A stretch of 64,000 nucleotides of DNA from Eledone cirrhosa (Eukaryota): positions 34,286,001 to 34,350,000 of the forward strand of contig OZ024744.1 in NCBI GenBank assembly GCA_964016885.1, read 5' to 3'. Under the pieces are notes generated by a model. That model had not been told where the DNA came from, made no database searches, and saw only the letters and a program-made list of their open reading frames with translations. Shown here piece by piece: positions 12,815 through 25,065 of the stretch. Numbering within the stretch: the stretch's first letter is position 1; each line of letters starts with the position of its first letter. The translations under genes were made by a program, and so were the position numbers.

Positions 12815-14189
12815 AATGAGCACTATATTGACACACTTGGAATAATGTAATTTGCTTGATTTGATATTCAACACCGAAGAATGTAAAACACGTCAAATAA
12901 TCGACGAAAAACAAAACACAGAGCAAAAGTTCAAGAAATGTCGCAAATACCAAATTGTTCTAAAATGTGACTAATGATAAAAAGTAACAACATAAATAAA
13001 AAATATTATATATATTTTTCCTATATATACACACAATATATAGATAGATATATTTGTGTGTATATACTCATGCATAACTATACTTTTAATTAAATATTAG
13101 GTTAAAAACCTGAGTATCGAGAATAACATAAGCATGTATTACAACATTTCAAACAAATAGAATAATATAGAATTTAGATATCAAATCATTTATTTATATT
13201 TACAAATCAAAGAATATAATAATCGGTTTTTAATGAGATCCCTGTGATTGATGCAAGGCTACCAATTTGTCAATGTTTGGTGTGAAAGCCGTTAGAGAGA
13301 GTCGTAAATCACCTCTTCTTTCTATATCAAGACGATTTTGACTTTTTGAAAGCAGATGCATCACCTGACTCAACTAAATAAGATGTGGGGAAAGCAAGTA
13401 AAAAGAATTTAACGTTTTTATTCGACGGAATATTGTCTACACTTTTTTTTAGATGCAGTTGCCATTTTATAACATCAAAATACAACAATTCTTTTGGTCA
13501 CTGGACTCAGGAATGTCACGACAGAAGTTTGTGGAAGTTACACAAATATTTTAATATATTTTAGCAGAGCAATCCTTATTTATATCTTTTACATTTACTT
13601 ACATCTCAATATAACATGGCTAAAATTCAAATTTTGCAATGAGAAGAAAACGGTCAAATGAACTAGATACATCGCACTGTCCACCACCACCACAATAACG
13701 TCTACATTCTCTCCCCACCATCACATGTCATTACCCTATCTAGACTAAAGTCATCGACCTGTTGTCAAACTCTCTACTCTCTGTTGAATGTGTATATATA
13801 TATATATATATATGTATGTATATGTGTGTATATACATCACTCAGTCAAACGACTAGATTTCAACCCCAACATCTACAACAACAACAACACCGGCACTAAT
13901 GTTTACAGCAACAACAGCTTCAGAATGAACTGAAATGAACATTTACAACAACAGCGGCATCAAAACATAAAAAAAGGAAGGGAAAAGAAAAGAAAAGAAA
14001 AGAAAAGAAAAGAAAAGAAAAGAAAAGAAAAGGGAAAATAGGGGAAAAAAAAAAAAAAAACTCAAAATAACAAAACACACACACAGGCACACAACACAAC
14101 AACAACATCAACTGCCACCACCACCACCGCCACCGCCGCCGCCATCACCATCACCAGCGACCGGGCCTTAAGAAAACAACTTTAATAAT

Positions 14190-14340
14190 AATTTTTCTGC
14201 TTTTGGCACGGATCCAGCGACTGGTCCAGCGCATCACTGGTACTCTCTTTTGTTGACTCCGTGGGGATGAAAGGCAAGGTTGACTTCGGCGGGATTTAAG
14301 CTCAGAGCGTGGAGGGCCATAGCTCTATGCTGTAAAGCAA
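14190..14340 (-). mobile_element. Degenerate tRNA-derived SINE (same family as 26551 and 28779)
   Basis: Reverse complement contains CTGAGCTTAAATCCCGCCGAAGTCAACCTTGCCTTTCATCC..AGTACCAG..GTGCCAAAA. Confidence 0.75.
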
Positions 14341-14969
14341 TTATAATAATACTGGACTGTAATACGAACGGCTTCAACTATACAAACTCTTGAAAGTCAA
14401 CAGTTGACATAATCTTGTAATCTTGTATCAGTAATGACGGTAATATATATATATGTGTGTGTGTGTGTGTAAGTGAGTAGAGTAGCGTATGTGTGTTTGT
14501 TTGTATGTATGTGTTGCTGTGTGCGCGCATATGTATGCGTGTGTGTGTATGTCGTACGTATAAGTGTCAATAAGTGAGTTTTTTTTTTTTTTTTTTTTCT
14601 TTTCGCGGGGACATAGAAATAATCGGGCTGGATGCCCGATCGCGCAGTTAAACCACTGGGAGTGAAGGACCCCTAGCCCTTGTCCGGGCATTCTTCTAGG
14701 AGAAGGCATCTCAGGAAACTGGGTTAACTCCGATATAAAACCTGCGGCTCAGGAGCTACCGATGATGTTGATCTTTTCTTCTTTTCGGGTTATAGCTACT
14801 GTCGCTCAGAGAGTGGGATTGGCTCAGTGCACAATCTTTCCTCACTTTAAAAATATTCGTCACGCACAGGCATTGCACGAGTGCATTAATAATTATTAAT
14901 AGTGTACTATAATAAATTATTATTATTATTATTACTATTATTATTACTTTTTTTTTTTTTCAAAATTCA

Positions 14970-17900
14970 ATGATGTTCCAGAACAATGTAAAAGAGATAA
15001 TTGGCAATTTAGGTTCTGGAACAAAAAAGATCATTGGCAATAAGGGCAGGGGCCCCAAGTTATCACAGCCTGGGCCCGCTCGTCATCGTGCCATAGAGCC
15101 AAACAAGGCATTTAGTCTTGGCTGCTGGAACGTACGGACGCTGCTTGACAGGGATTCCTTGGAGCGTCCTGAACGAAGGACCGCTCTTGTTGCAAAGGAG
15201 CTTCGACGTTACGATCTTGACATCGTGGCTTTATCTGAGACGAGGTTAGCTGGAGATGGTCATCTTACGGAATTTTGTGGAGAATATACATTCTTCTGGA
15301 AAGGAAGAGATGAAGGAACCAGAAGAGAGGCTGGGGTAGGATTTGCTGTTAAGACTGTACTTGTGAATAAATTAGAAGAATTCCCAGTAGAGATTAGTGA
15401 GCGTCTTATGTCCATGAGAGTTCCGCTGGACAAAGGAAGATATGCTACCCTGGTGAGTGTGTATGCTCCAACTATGAATTATGTCGATGAAGAAAAACTG
15501 TCCTTTTACCATGCCTTGAAAGGTGTTCTAAGAAATATCCCTCAGGCAGACAAAGTCATCGTGCTTGGTGACTTTAATGCTAGAGTGGGTAGGGATTTTA
15601 ACACATGGAATGTAATCGGAAGGCATGGGGTGGGAAAGTGTAACGGCAATGGTATGCTCCTGCTGCAGATGTGTGAGGAGCTGGATCTGTGTGTTACCAA
15701 CACCATGTTCCAACAAAAGAACAAATTCAAGACCACATGGATGCATCCTGCATCTAAGGAATGGCATCTTTTGGACTACGTCCTAGTCAGGATGCGTGAC
15801 AGACAGGGTGTGCAGTGTGTTCGTGTTCTTCGTGGAGCTGAGTGCTGGACGGACCACCGCCTGGTACGCGCAAAAGTGAAACTAATCACCAAACGTAAAA
15901 TCCGGGCTCCTGGTGTTACCCTGCCCAAAAGATTGAATGCTGCTCGTCTTAAGGATAAAAATGTGAAGAGGACATTGGAAGAAGAGATGCAGGCTGCAGA
16001 TCTTGGTGAGGATTGGCCGACCCTTAAAAAGTCGGTTTATGATGTGGGCAGGCGTTTTCTGGGATTGGTGCAGAGAAAACATCAGGACTGGTTTAATGAG
16101 AATGATGTACATATAGAAGACTTGTTGGCTGATAAGAGGCGTGCTCTGTCACGCTACTTGACGGCAAAACCACAGGAGAGGAATATGTTGCATGAGGAGC
16201 TCAGGGATGTAAAATCACGTGTTAGGCGGAGTCTTTCTCAGATGAAGGATCAGTGGTGGAGTGAGAAGGCTGGTGAGATACAAACTGCGTCTGATTCCAA
16301 TAACACAAAGCTGTTGTACAGTCTTTTGCGTGAGGTTTATGGACCGTCTTCTTCTTTGGTGACACCGCTTCGCAGCAAGGATGGCAAAGAACTTCTTCGT
16401 GACTCACAGGGAATTCTACGAAGGTGGCGAGAGCACTTTGATGATCTTTTGAATCAGCCGTCTGTCGTCAGTGAAGATTTCCTCAATCTCATTCCAGAAA
16501 GTCCTGTGAAAGTAGCTCTCGCAGAACCTCCGACGCTTGTGGAGGTTGCAGTGGCTATTTCGAAGCTGAACAGTGGAAGATCTCCAGGTATGGATGGCAT
16601 ACATGCTGAGCTCCTACAATATGGTGGTGAGAGACTCCTGCAACATCTGCACTCTTTGTTGGAAGGATATGGGCTAATGAATCCGTACCTGAGGACTGGA
16701 GAGATGCAGTAATGGTGGTCTTGTACAAGGGAAAGAGTAACAGGAATGATTGTGGGAACTACAGAGGTATATCATTGCTTTCTGTCGTAGGGAAAGTTTT
16801 ATGTAGGGTGCTTCTGGACCGTCTGCTGACACACATTGCAGATTGTGTTCTTCCTGAAAGTCAATCTGGTTTTCGTGCTGGACGCGGCACTACTGATATG
16901 ATCTTCTCAGCTAGACAGCTCCAGGAGAAGTGCATTGAACAAGGCTTGGATCTGTATCAGGTTTTTGTCGATTTGACAAAGGCTTTCGATACTGTCAACA
17001 GAGATGCATTATGGAAGGTTCTCCAGAAACTTGGTTGCCCTGATAAGTTCCTTGCTTTAGTTAGGTCTTTCCATGACGACATGAAGGCTTGGGTTAATGT
17101 CGGAGCCTATCTCAGTAAAAAATGGAGTGAAACAGGGGGATATTCCAGCACCGACCCTGTTTGCCATATACTTTGCAATGGTTTTCTGTATTGCATTCAG
17201 GAATTGCGAGCATGGTGTTTACATCCGATATCGAACCTCAGGCAGCATATTTAACATCAGGCGCTTTGCTGCGAAGACAAAGGTATTTACATCAATCATA
17301 AGAGACCTCTTGTATGCAGATGATTGCGATCTTGTAGCGCACACAGAGAGTGATATGCAGCACATTTTGAATGCATTTTCTGACGCTTGCCCTGCCCTGG
17401 GTTTGACTGTCAGTCTCAAGAAAACCGTCGTCATGTACCAACCTGCCCCCTAGTAAGCAGTACACTGAACCAAACATCTATGTGTATGGCAAACGACTTG
17501 GAGTGGTTGATCAGTTTGTCTACCTGGGAAGCACTGTCAATCGATACAGCAACCTTGACAGTGAAATCTCACTTAGGATTAGGAAAGCAAGTGATGCTTT
17601 CGGAAAGCTAGAAAGGCGACTCTGGGGTCGGCGAGACATATGCAGGAGGACAAAGGTAAAGGTGTACAGGGCATGTGTACTCTCTTGTCTTCTTTATGCT
17701 TGCGAGACCTGGGTCACATATCGACACCACCTTAAGCAATTGGAGCGTTTCCATCAGATGTGTCTCAGACGGATCCATGGCGTTCACTGGAGGGACCACA
17801 TCAGTGATGTCGAGATTTTGGAAAGCTCTATGTGTGACAGTATAGAAGTTCTTGTGCTTAAGCAACGACTCCGTTGGAGTGGTCACCTTGCCAGGATGAA

Positions 17901-18477
17901 GGATTCTAGAATACCAAAACAACTCTTCTATGGAGAGTTGGTTAAAGGAAAACGACCGCCATATAAACCAAAAAAGAGGTATAAGGATTCCTTGAAAGCC
18001 TCTCTGAAAGACGCTAACATCTCTGCTGATACATGGGAAAATTATGCTGCTGATCGTAATAAATGGAGAAAGACTGTATATGAGGGAAAAGTTGCCTTTG
18101 AGGCATCTCGAATCGCACACGAGAAAGTAAAGCGGGATGTGAGGAAGGGCATTGCTGTTGCACTTCCAGACGGCGAGGGTCCTCCTATGGTGCTGACATG
18201 CAGCGTCTGTGCGAGACTCTGCCTATGACATCTTCGCAGTCATAAAGTAAGACCAGTGGTTGACTACCAGGCTGCTGTTGGAGATGCTACTCATCATGCT
18301 TGCCAAAAATGTGGTAGAGAATGTAAATCAGCAGGAGGGCTCAAGCGACATGCAAAAGTACACGAACTCCAACCACAGCCGACTATTCCCAGTGAATGTT
18401 TTGGTTGCCGACTCTGTGCAAAACATTTTTGATCATTGGCTGGGCTAAAAAGCCACATTCGATCGCAGCACTGTTAG
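14970..18477 (+). pseudogene. RTE ORF: APE endonuclease + reverse transcriptase + C-terminal C2H2 zinc fingers, disrupted
   Basis: Motifs: GCWNVRTL, ALSETR, GDFNARVG, LDYVLV, TDHRLV; NYRGISLL, FVDLTKAFD, GVKQG, LYADD; RLRWSGH; CQKCGRECKSAGGLKRHAKVH. Frameshifts near 16.7 and 17.1 kb, stop at 17451. Confidence 0.93.
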
Positions 18478-18605
18478 TTGCTATCGTGTGTGTGTGTGTG
18501 TAGATATGCTTATGTGCGTGTGTGTGTATATATATGTGAATATGTATATTATTATTGTTGTTGTCGTTATTATTATTATTGCTATTATTATTATTATTAT
18601 TATCC

Positions 18606-18644
18606 TGTCCCCTACATGTCGGCCCTTGTGGCTAATAAATGAAA

Positions 18645-18646
<2 letters not shown>
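18606..18646 (+). mobile_element. 41-bp Tx1-type 3'-terminal stub inside (ATT)n
   Basis: TGTCCCCTACATGTCGGCCCTTGTGGCTAATAAATGAAATC(ATT)n is the exact reverse complement of 63446-63486. It resembles the Tx1 3' end CCCTTGTGGTTAATAAAGAAATC(ATT)n. Confidence 0.75.
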
Positions 18647-18694
<48 letters not shown>

Positions 18695-18883
18695 GTTATT
18701 AATGTATGTGTGTGTGTATGTGTGTGTATGTGTATGTATGTGTGTATGTATATATGTATGTATATATATATATATATATATATATTTCTTTTTTAAATTT
18801 TTTATTTATTTATTTATTATTATTATTATTATTTTTTTTTTCTCGTGCAATGGCCATACTCGATAACGAGGGGGCAGCCATCA

Positions 18884-19148
18884 TGTATGTATGTATGTCT
18901 GTATGTATGTTTTGTATGTATATATGTATGTATGTATGTATGTATGTTTTGCATGTATGTATATATGTATGTATGTTTTGTATGTATGTATGTATGCATG
19001 TATGTATGTATGTATGTATGTATGTATGTATGTATGTATGTTTTGTATGTATGTATGTATGTATGTTTTGTATGTATCTATGTATGTATGTATGTATGAA
19101 TGCATGTATGTATGTATGTATGTATGTATGTATGTATGTATATTTATG
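18884..19148. repeat. (ATGT)n microsatellite, tail of the RTE element
   Basis: Tetranucleotide repeat directly after the RTE 3' end. Confidence 0.9.
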
Positions 19149-19149
19149 T

Positions 19150-19757
19150 CAGGTCACCAGTTGGTGCTACTGGTAACATGTATCCCAGTACAACCTGTCT
19201 CATGGTCGGGTCGTTGGCGACTAAACTGGCAACCCCACCAAGGTTTCTTGGTGAGGAGGTTGACTTTGGACATCCTGCGGGACTAAAAACAAAACCTGTC
19301 AAAGGGCAAAGGAGCTCTTAAGAGTCAATGGCCATCCAAAATCACCGGGAGAGATGACCCCTTAGCCTTTGTCAAGGCAGAATTCTAGGAGAAGGAAAAC
19401 TCTGATATAACACCTGCAGCTCTGATGGTATCCAATGATGTTGACTTGTTCTTCTTTTTGGTAAATATCATCTTGGTTAAGAGAGTGGGACTGGCTTTGT
19501 GCAGTGCCTTTACTCACTATAAAAGCTTCACGGCACAGGCATTGCTTTGTATCTGGACATCTCTCTGCACTTGTCGTCACATGGTACCATGGGCCCAGCA
19601 CTATGTGTCAATAATTGTCACAAGTGTAGTGTTTGTACCAGAGTTTTCAAGTCGCTGGCTGGACTAAAAAGTCACACTCGTTCAGCGCATCGGTAGGGGT
19701 TCTCCTACATGGATATAAAGTAGTGGCCGTACTCGAAAACGAGTTGGCAGCCACCAT
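19150..19757 (+). mobile_element. Non-autonomous bipartite RTE derivative (5'UTR fused to 3' end)
   Basis: 19355-19545 aligns to the RTE 5'UTR at 14665-14876. 19615-19757 encodes the last zinc finger CSVCTRVFKSLAGLKSHTRSAH and the RTE 3' terminus, then ATGT repeats. No APE/RT lies in between. Confidence 0.78.
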
Positions 19758-20604
19758 GTATGTTTTGTATGTATGTATGTATCATTTACGTCTTAGCCGC
19801 TACACAATCATTGGACATACTAAAAGTAACATTCAAAATCTCCTTCAAATAACATGACATTGTCTCGAATAAGATAACCCAACTCTCGATAATGTAGTCA
19901 TACATATTGATGTGACACAATGGTCAGAGCTGCAATGTCTTCGATTATGCATCTGTTCGATTAGGATTGATTTCTTTTAAATAACCAGTCACCGTCGTGA
20001 AAATAGAAAAAAATACGCATTGAATTTGAATAATGCAGTGCTACATTCCCATAGAAAGACGAGATGGTCGTTTCAGGAACGTCTTTGATCGTACGACTGC
20101 TGCTGATGTGAGACTAACTGAATCAACAACAACAACAAGATCTTCACCTTCAGAACCAAGTATGTTACTCCGTACATATTCTACATATTAATTTCAAAGA
20201 GATCGATAACTTGAAGTTGCTAAATCATTCGATGCGAATACATATTAAAAATCATAAACTATGACACTATTGAATTAAAATTGATTGATGACAGCATTTG
20301 AGAAGTAATCAATAAGAAGTCATCGATTAGAGTAAAATATCGTTATAATATCGTGCATAATATCGTGTATAATATCGTGCACATATATGTAAATGCATGA
20401 TGTTTTTTTAATTTTTATATTTTTTAACCAAGTAAATTGAGCTCGTTTTCTCATATATCAATAAAAATCATAATTAATATTTTCCTCTTTAAATTCTGAC
20501 CTTATAATGAACATTGGAAAATGTGCCTAGAGAAATATGGGATGGTCATGGATGGAAAGCCTTTAATAACGTGTTCTGCTTTATCTGACTTAAATTGGAG
20601 CTAA

Positions 20605-21322
20605 TCAACATCCGTGAGCTAATGCTGAGCGCCTCTGTGGGCAGTTTTTGTCATCAGAATCCCACATGGTGCGAACATTCCAACATGCCAGTTTAAAACT
20701 TCTCGCTTTTGTAATTATTATCTTGTTTCTACCGCTGGCCGTGGTGAGCCAGCCAGATGAGGGTGACACAAGCTTTTTTAGACCACCTTTTCTAGGCCCG
20801 TCTCCTTGTGAAGCAAGCAGTGCTGTCCCTGCAGAGAGCTGCTTGATCACCCAGAGTGCTGCCGAATACTGCTGTTGTCTCGTTCAGCAGACAACCCACC
20901 CATATATCTGAGCTGCCTACATGCGGAGTTGAGACTGCAACTTCCTGTCGGTTCGCCCCTTCTCCATCGCTGTAGAACTTTTGAACAACTACTTCCCGCT
21001 TGCGCTCAGTGATTTTTAAGTGAGAATCAGTGCGCGCAAACTGATCCATCTCTTTAGAACATGGAGTCCTTTCACAGTGGCTTAGCATGCTGAGATGACT
21101 GGAGCGACTGTCAGTCTGTAGATTTTACATCAGAGTGTCCTTCTCCTAGCCTCTGGTCCAAAGGCCTGTAGAAGCAGGAGGTACCACAGGAAGGTGTTGC
21201 TGGAGAGACAGTTGAGAAGGAGAGGTCACATGCATGTACGTACTGCAAGCTGTAGACACAGCAGCCACTTCCCTTGGAATGGAGAGACTCTGCAATTGCA
21301 TCACTATACTTAACCACCCACC
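20605..21322 (-). mobile_element. 5' portion (UTR + APE N-terminus) of a second RTE family
   Basis: FKLACWNVRTMWDSDDKNCPQRRSAL. The UTR motifs CTAGGAGAAGG and CTCACTTAAAAAT are shared with the other RTE 5'UTRs. Confidence 0.82.
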
Positions 21323-21618
21323 TCGAGTAAATTCTCAGATTATAATATATCGATAATCTATATATGAAAAATGGAGCTTAAACAAGGTGCTTACTTATTT
21401 TGGTGGTGGAGATGGTGGTGGTATACGTCGTCGTCGTCCTTAAATTTTTTCTGCTAATTTTTGTAGAAAGATATGTTAAAACAATAAAATATTTGAATTT
21501 TTTCATCTTTGCTATTTGTACATAATTATGTATGTGCTCTTGTATCACTACTTTCATACAACTCGTAGGACATATCATTGTGGAACTACATCGAGTTTGA
21601 CATGACTCTTTATTTACC

Positions 21619-21676
<58 letters not shown>

Positions 21677-21739
21677 GTAAAATAAGAAAATTATAAAATT
21701 ATAAAAAAATTATAAAATTGACTTACTTACTAAAATATC

Positions 21740-21821
21740 ACTTCCAACTAATTAGTTTCTGGAATGGAGTAAATATATTTTCCGAAGAATATACAGAAAA
21801 GCATTCCGTCGTCAGGAAAGT
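21740..21821 (-). ncRNA. Minimal type I hammerhead ribozyme-like motif
   Basis: Minus strand ACUUUC-CUGACGA-cGGAAUG..CAUUCCa-GAA-ACUAAUUAGU-U-GGAAGU. Stems I and II form and stem III is palindromic. Confidence 0.6.
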
Positions 21822-22281
21822 CTCTTTTCATGTAAGTTTCCAGGCATAGCGAGGACTCTGGAAACTTATTAAAAAAATAATTCAGTGGAAAGGAAATAGC
21901 GAAGCGTGGACTGAAATCCTAGCCATTGAGAAAATCACTGCCTCTACGTCTGTGGCAAATTCAAAAAGAATCAATCACGTGACATCGAGGCCAATCAGTG
22001 GAAAGCGAGTTGTTAATAAGACAGCGGCCTGCCTACTACTATAGCAGCAGTCATGGCCAATATTGCTCGACAAATGAATTGGAGATAATTATAAAGAATT
22101 TATATCTAGTAACATTTATATACATACAGATGCATATCAATGCTAGCAAATATATAGGTTTTGTCTTAGTAACATTGTGGTTCAATGCATGGGGTTGCAG
22201 AACAATAATATGAGAGACGTAAGATAAGAAAATTACAAAATTATAAAAAAATTATAAAATTGACTTACTTACTAAAATATC

Positions 22282-22363
22282 ACTTCCAACTAATTAGTTT
22301 CTGGAATGGAGTAAATATATTTTCCGAAGAATATATAGAAAAGCATTCCGTCGTCAGGAAAGT
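22282..22363 (-). ncRNA. Minimal hammerhead ribozyme-like motif (copy 2)
   Basis: Same core as 21740-21821. Confidence 0.6.
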
Positions 22364-22435
22364 CTCTTTTCGTGTAAGTTTCCAGGCATAGCGAGGACTC
22401 TGGAAACTTATTAAAAAAATAATTCAGTGGAAAGG

Positions 22436-22484
<49 letters not shown>

Positions 22485-22487
22485 AAC

Positions 22488-22606
22488 GAGTAGGACCCCG
22501 ACGGCTGAGTTCAAGCCGTTTCGACGGCTAGACTAAATGAAAATTTTTCATTTAGTCCAGAATTAGCCGTCGAAACGGTTTGAGCTCAGCCGTCGGGGTC
22601 CTACTC
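22488..22606. repeat. Fold-back palindrome, probably derived from a Penelope-like end
   Basis: GAGTAGGACCCCGACGGCTGAG..CTCAGCCGTCGGGGTCCTACTC; contains CGAAAC; flanked by (TA)n. Confidence 0.8.
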
Positions 22607-22691
22607 ATTTTTATTACCCATTCTACTACCCTAAGTATTGAGTACTTTGGTGCGTTATGGTCCACCTGGTTCCTTACCACATTTCCTTCGT

Positions 22692-22734
<43 letters not shown>

Positions 22735-22738
<4 letters not shown>

Positions 22739-22934
22739 GTAGAACACTGGAAGGTAATATCCGTAGTGGTAGAGCACTCAGTCCATGGGACGAGTTAGGT
22801 AGAAGTGGTTACACAATAGTTAGTTCACCATACCGAGAACAATTGTTTCACCTTAACGGATCCTCGCTGAGGATCCGCTAAGGTGAAACAATTGTTCTCG
22901 GTATGGTGAACTAACTGTTGTGTAACCACTTCTA
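22735..22934. repeat. Penelope-like end with 135-bp fold-back palindrome (22800-22934)
   Basis: Near-perfect inverted repeat with a GCT loop. The right arm carries CTGAGGA-TCC..GGT-GAA-ACAATTGT-T. Related to 29240-29380. Confidence 0.8.
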
Positions 22935-23452
22935 TATATATATAAATACAAATTTTATTACAGCATTAACGAAGCTTTAGTTTGCGGCCAAGCTAACGAA
23001 TGCAAATTCGGTATGTAGCTTTAGCACTCGAATGGGAATAGTACCCCAGAGAAATAACAATACGTTTAGACAGCTTAGCAAATCAAATATAGCGATCGGC
23101 AGTCCAGCCGCATTACCATAACAACGAAAAGATTTTAGACTGACATGATTCCAGTTCCTCAGTGAAATAACAACCCAACCAGGAACTGGGCATATCAGAG
23201 TATTGACAAAGTTAAACACCTCAACAACATGTGTACTCATCTCTACCACACTAATTCGGACTGCCTGAAGAGGTCACAGCCAAAAATGGCTGTCACTGAA
23301 ATATATATAGCAGTAATAAACGAAGCCAAATTTTAAATATTTGACTTATTTATTTTATTTTACATTACTCCGGAGTAACCAAACCAACCTGTGCACTTCG
23401 TCGAGTGCTCCAATCTGCATACTGAGGTGTTGGTATACAACCAACATATACT

Positions 23453-23511
<59 letters not shown>

Positions 23512-23678
23512 AATTAATATCTAGTAACATATATATACATACAGATGCATATCAATGCTAGCAAATATATAGGTTTTGTCTTAGTAACATTGTGGTTCAA
23601 TGCATGGGGTTGCAGAACAATAATATGAGAGACGTAAAATAAGAAAATTATGAAATTAACTTATTTACTAAAATATCA

Positions 23679-23758
23679 CTTCCAACTAATTAGTTTCTGG
23701 AATGGAATAAATATATTTTCCGAAGAAAATACAGAAAAGCATTCCGTCGTCAGGGAAG
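23679..23758 (-). ncRNA. Minimal hammerhead ribozyme-like motif (copy 3)
   Basis: Reverse complement of the motif at 24252-24331. Confidence 0.6.
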
Positions 23759-24251
23759 ACTATTCTCATCTAAGTATCCAGGCAAAGCGTGGACTCTGGA
23801 AACTTATTAAAAAATAATTCAGTGGATAGAAAATAGCAAAGCGTGGACTGAATTCCTAGCCATTGAGAAAATCACTGCCTCTGCGTCGGTGGCAAATTCA
23901 AAAAGGATCAATCACGTGACATCGAGGTCAATCAGTGGAAAGTGGTTTGCTATATATATGTTACTAGATATTAATTCTTTATAATTATCTCCAAATTATT
24001 TGTCGAGCAATATTGGCCATGACTGCTGCTATGGTAGCAGGCAGGCCGCTGTCTTATTAGCAAACCACTTTCCACTGATTGACCTCGATATCACGTGATT
24101 GATTCTTTTTGAATTTGCCACCGACGCAGAGGCAGTGATTTTCTCAATGGCTAGGAATTCAGTCCACGCTTTGCTATTTTCTATCCAGTGAATTATTTTT
24201 TAATAAGTTTCCAGAGTCCACGCTTTGCCTGGATACTTAGATGAGAATAGT

Positions 24252-24331
24252 CTTCCCTGACGACGGAATGCTTTTCTGTATTTTCTTCGGAAAATATATT
24301 TATTCCATTCCAGAAACTAATTAGTTGGAAG
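24252..24331 (+). ncRNA. Minimal hammerhead ribozyme-like motif (copy 4)
   Basis: CUUCC-CUGACGA-cGGAAUG..CAUUCCa-GAA-ACUAAUUAGU-U-GGAAG. Stem I is CUUCC/GGAAG; putative cleavage triplet GUU. Confidence 0.62.
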
Positions 24332-24377
24332 TGATATTTTAGTAAGTAAGTTAATTTTATAATTTTCTTATTTTACG

Positions 24378-24451
<74 letters not shown>

Positions 24452-24548
24452 TGAATAAAAACAAAGAAACAGTTCCTTATATTAAAAAATTCATATATAT
24501 ATATATATTGTTATACTTTGGGAGGGTCATGTTGCCAATTCAGAAACG

Positions 24549-24616
<68 letters not shown>

Positions 24617-24830
24617 TGACGCCATATATATATTAACTATGGAGATATAAAAGACACAGAAGCGAAAACCAACCAAACAGTGAATGTGTTCTGTTACTAT
24701 TTCTGGGAATATTATTACAACAATATGAACCCCACCCCACCCACCCCACCCCCAAGTATAAAAATATATATATAAATATATATATATATCAAGTAAGAAT
24801 ATTTTCGAAACAGCGAGTGGGTTTGAGATT

Positions 24831-25031
24831 ATTAGAAATGTAATTTATCGCCGTATTTTGACTAAAGGAATTAAAGAAATTATTTAGCCTAATAGTTGGG
24901 TTAAGAACCCTCGGAGAAATGGAAAAAGATGAGTATCTTTTTCCATTTCTCCGAGGGTTCTTAACCCCACTATCAGACTAAATAATTCTTTAATTCCTTT
25001 AGTAAAAATACGGCGATAAATTACAATTCTA

Positions 25032-25033
<2 letters not shown>
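24831..25033. repeat. ~200-bp fold-back palindrome in (TA)n
   Basis: ATTAGAAATGTAATTTATCGCCGTATTTT..AAAATACGGCGATAAATTACAATTCTAAT; centre near 24930. Confidence 0.85.

Positions 25034-25065
<32 letters not shown>

Larger units (their letters stand above)
14600..18883 (+). mobile_element. Near full-length RTE-clade LINE (defective)
   Basis: RTE-type 5'UTR and one APE-RT ORF. The 3' end TGGCCATACTCGATAACGAGGGGGCAGCCATC is followed by an (ATGT)n tail. The 3'UTR is interrupted by microsatellites. Confidence 0.9.
21668..22440 (-). mobile_element. Penelope-like element terminal repeat (pLTR) remnants, ~540-bp unit in partial tandem
   Basis: The unit at 21668-22208 restarts at 22209 and sits in (TA)n. 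Contains a hammerhead motif, an E-box and a CCAAT box. Minus-strand LQPHALN weakly resembles a GIY-YIG C-terminus. Confidence 0.65.
23508..24385. mobile_element. Inverted pair of the same Penelope-like pLTR unit
   Basis: 23508-23950 is a direct copy of the 21668 unit. 23958-24385 is an inverted copy. Bounded by (TA)n. Confidence 0.7.
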
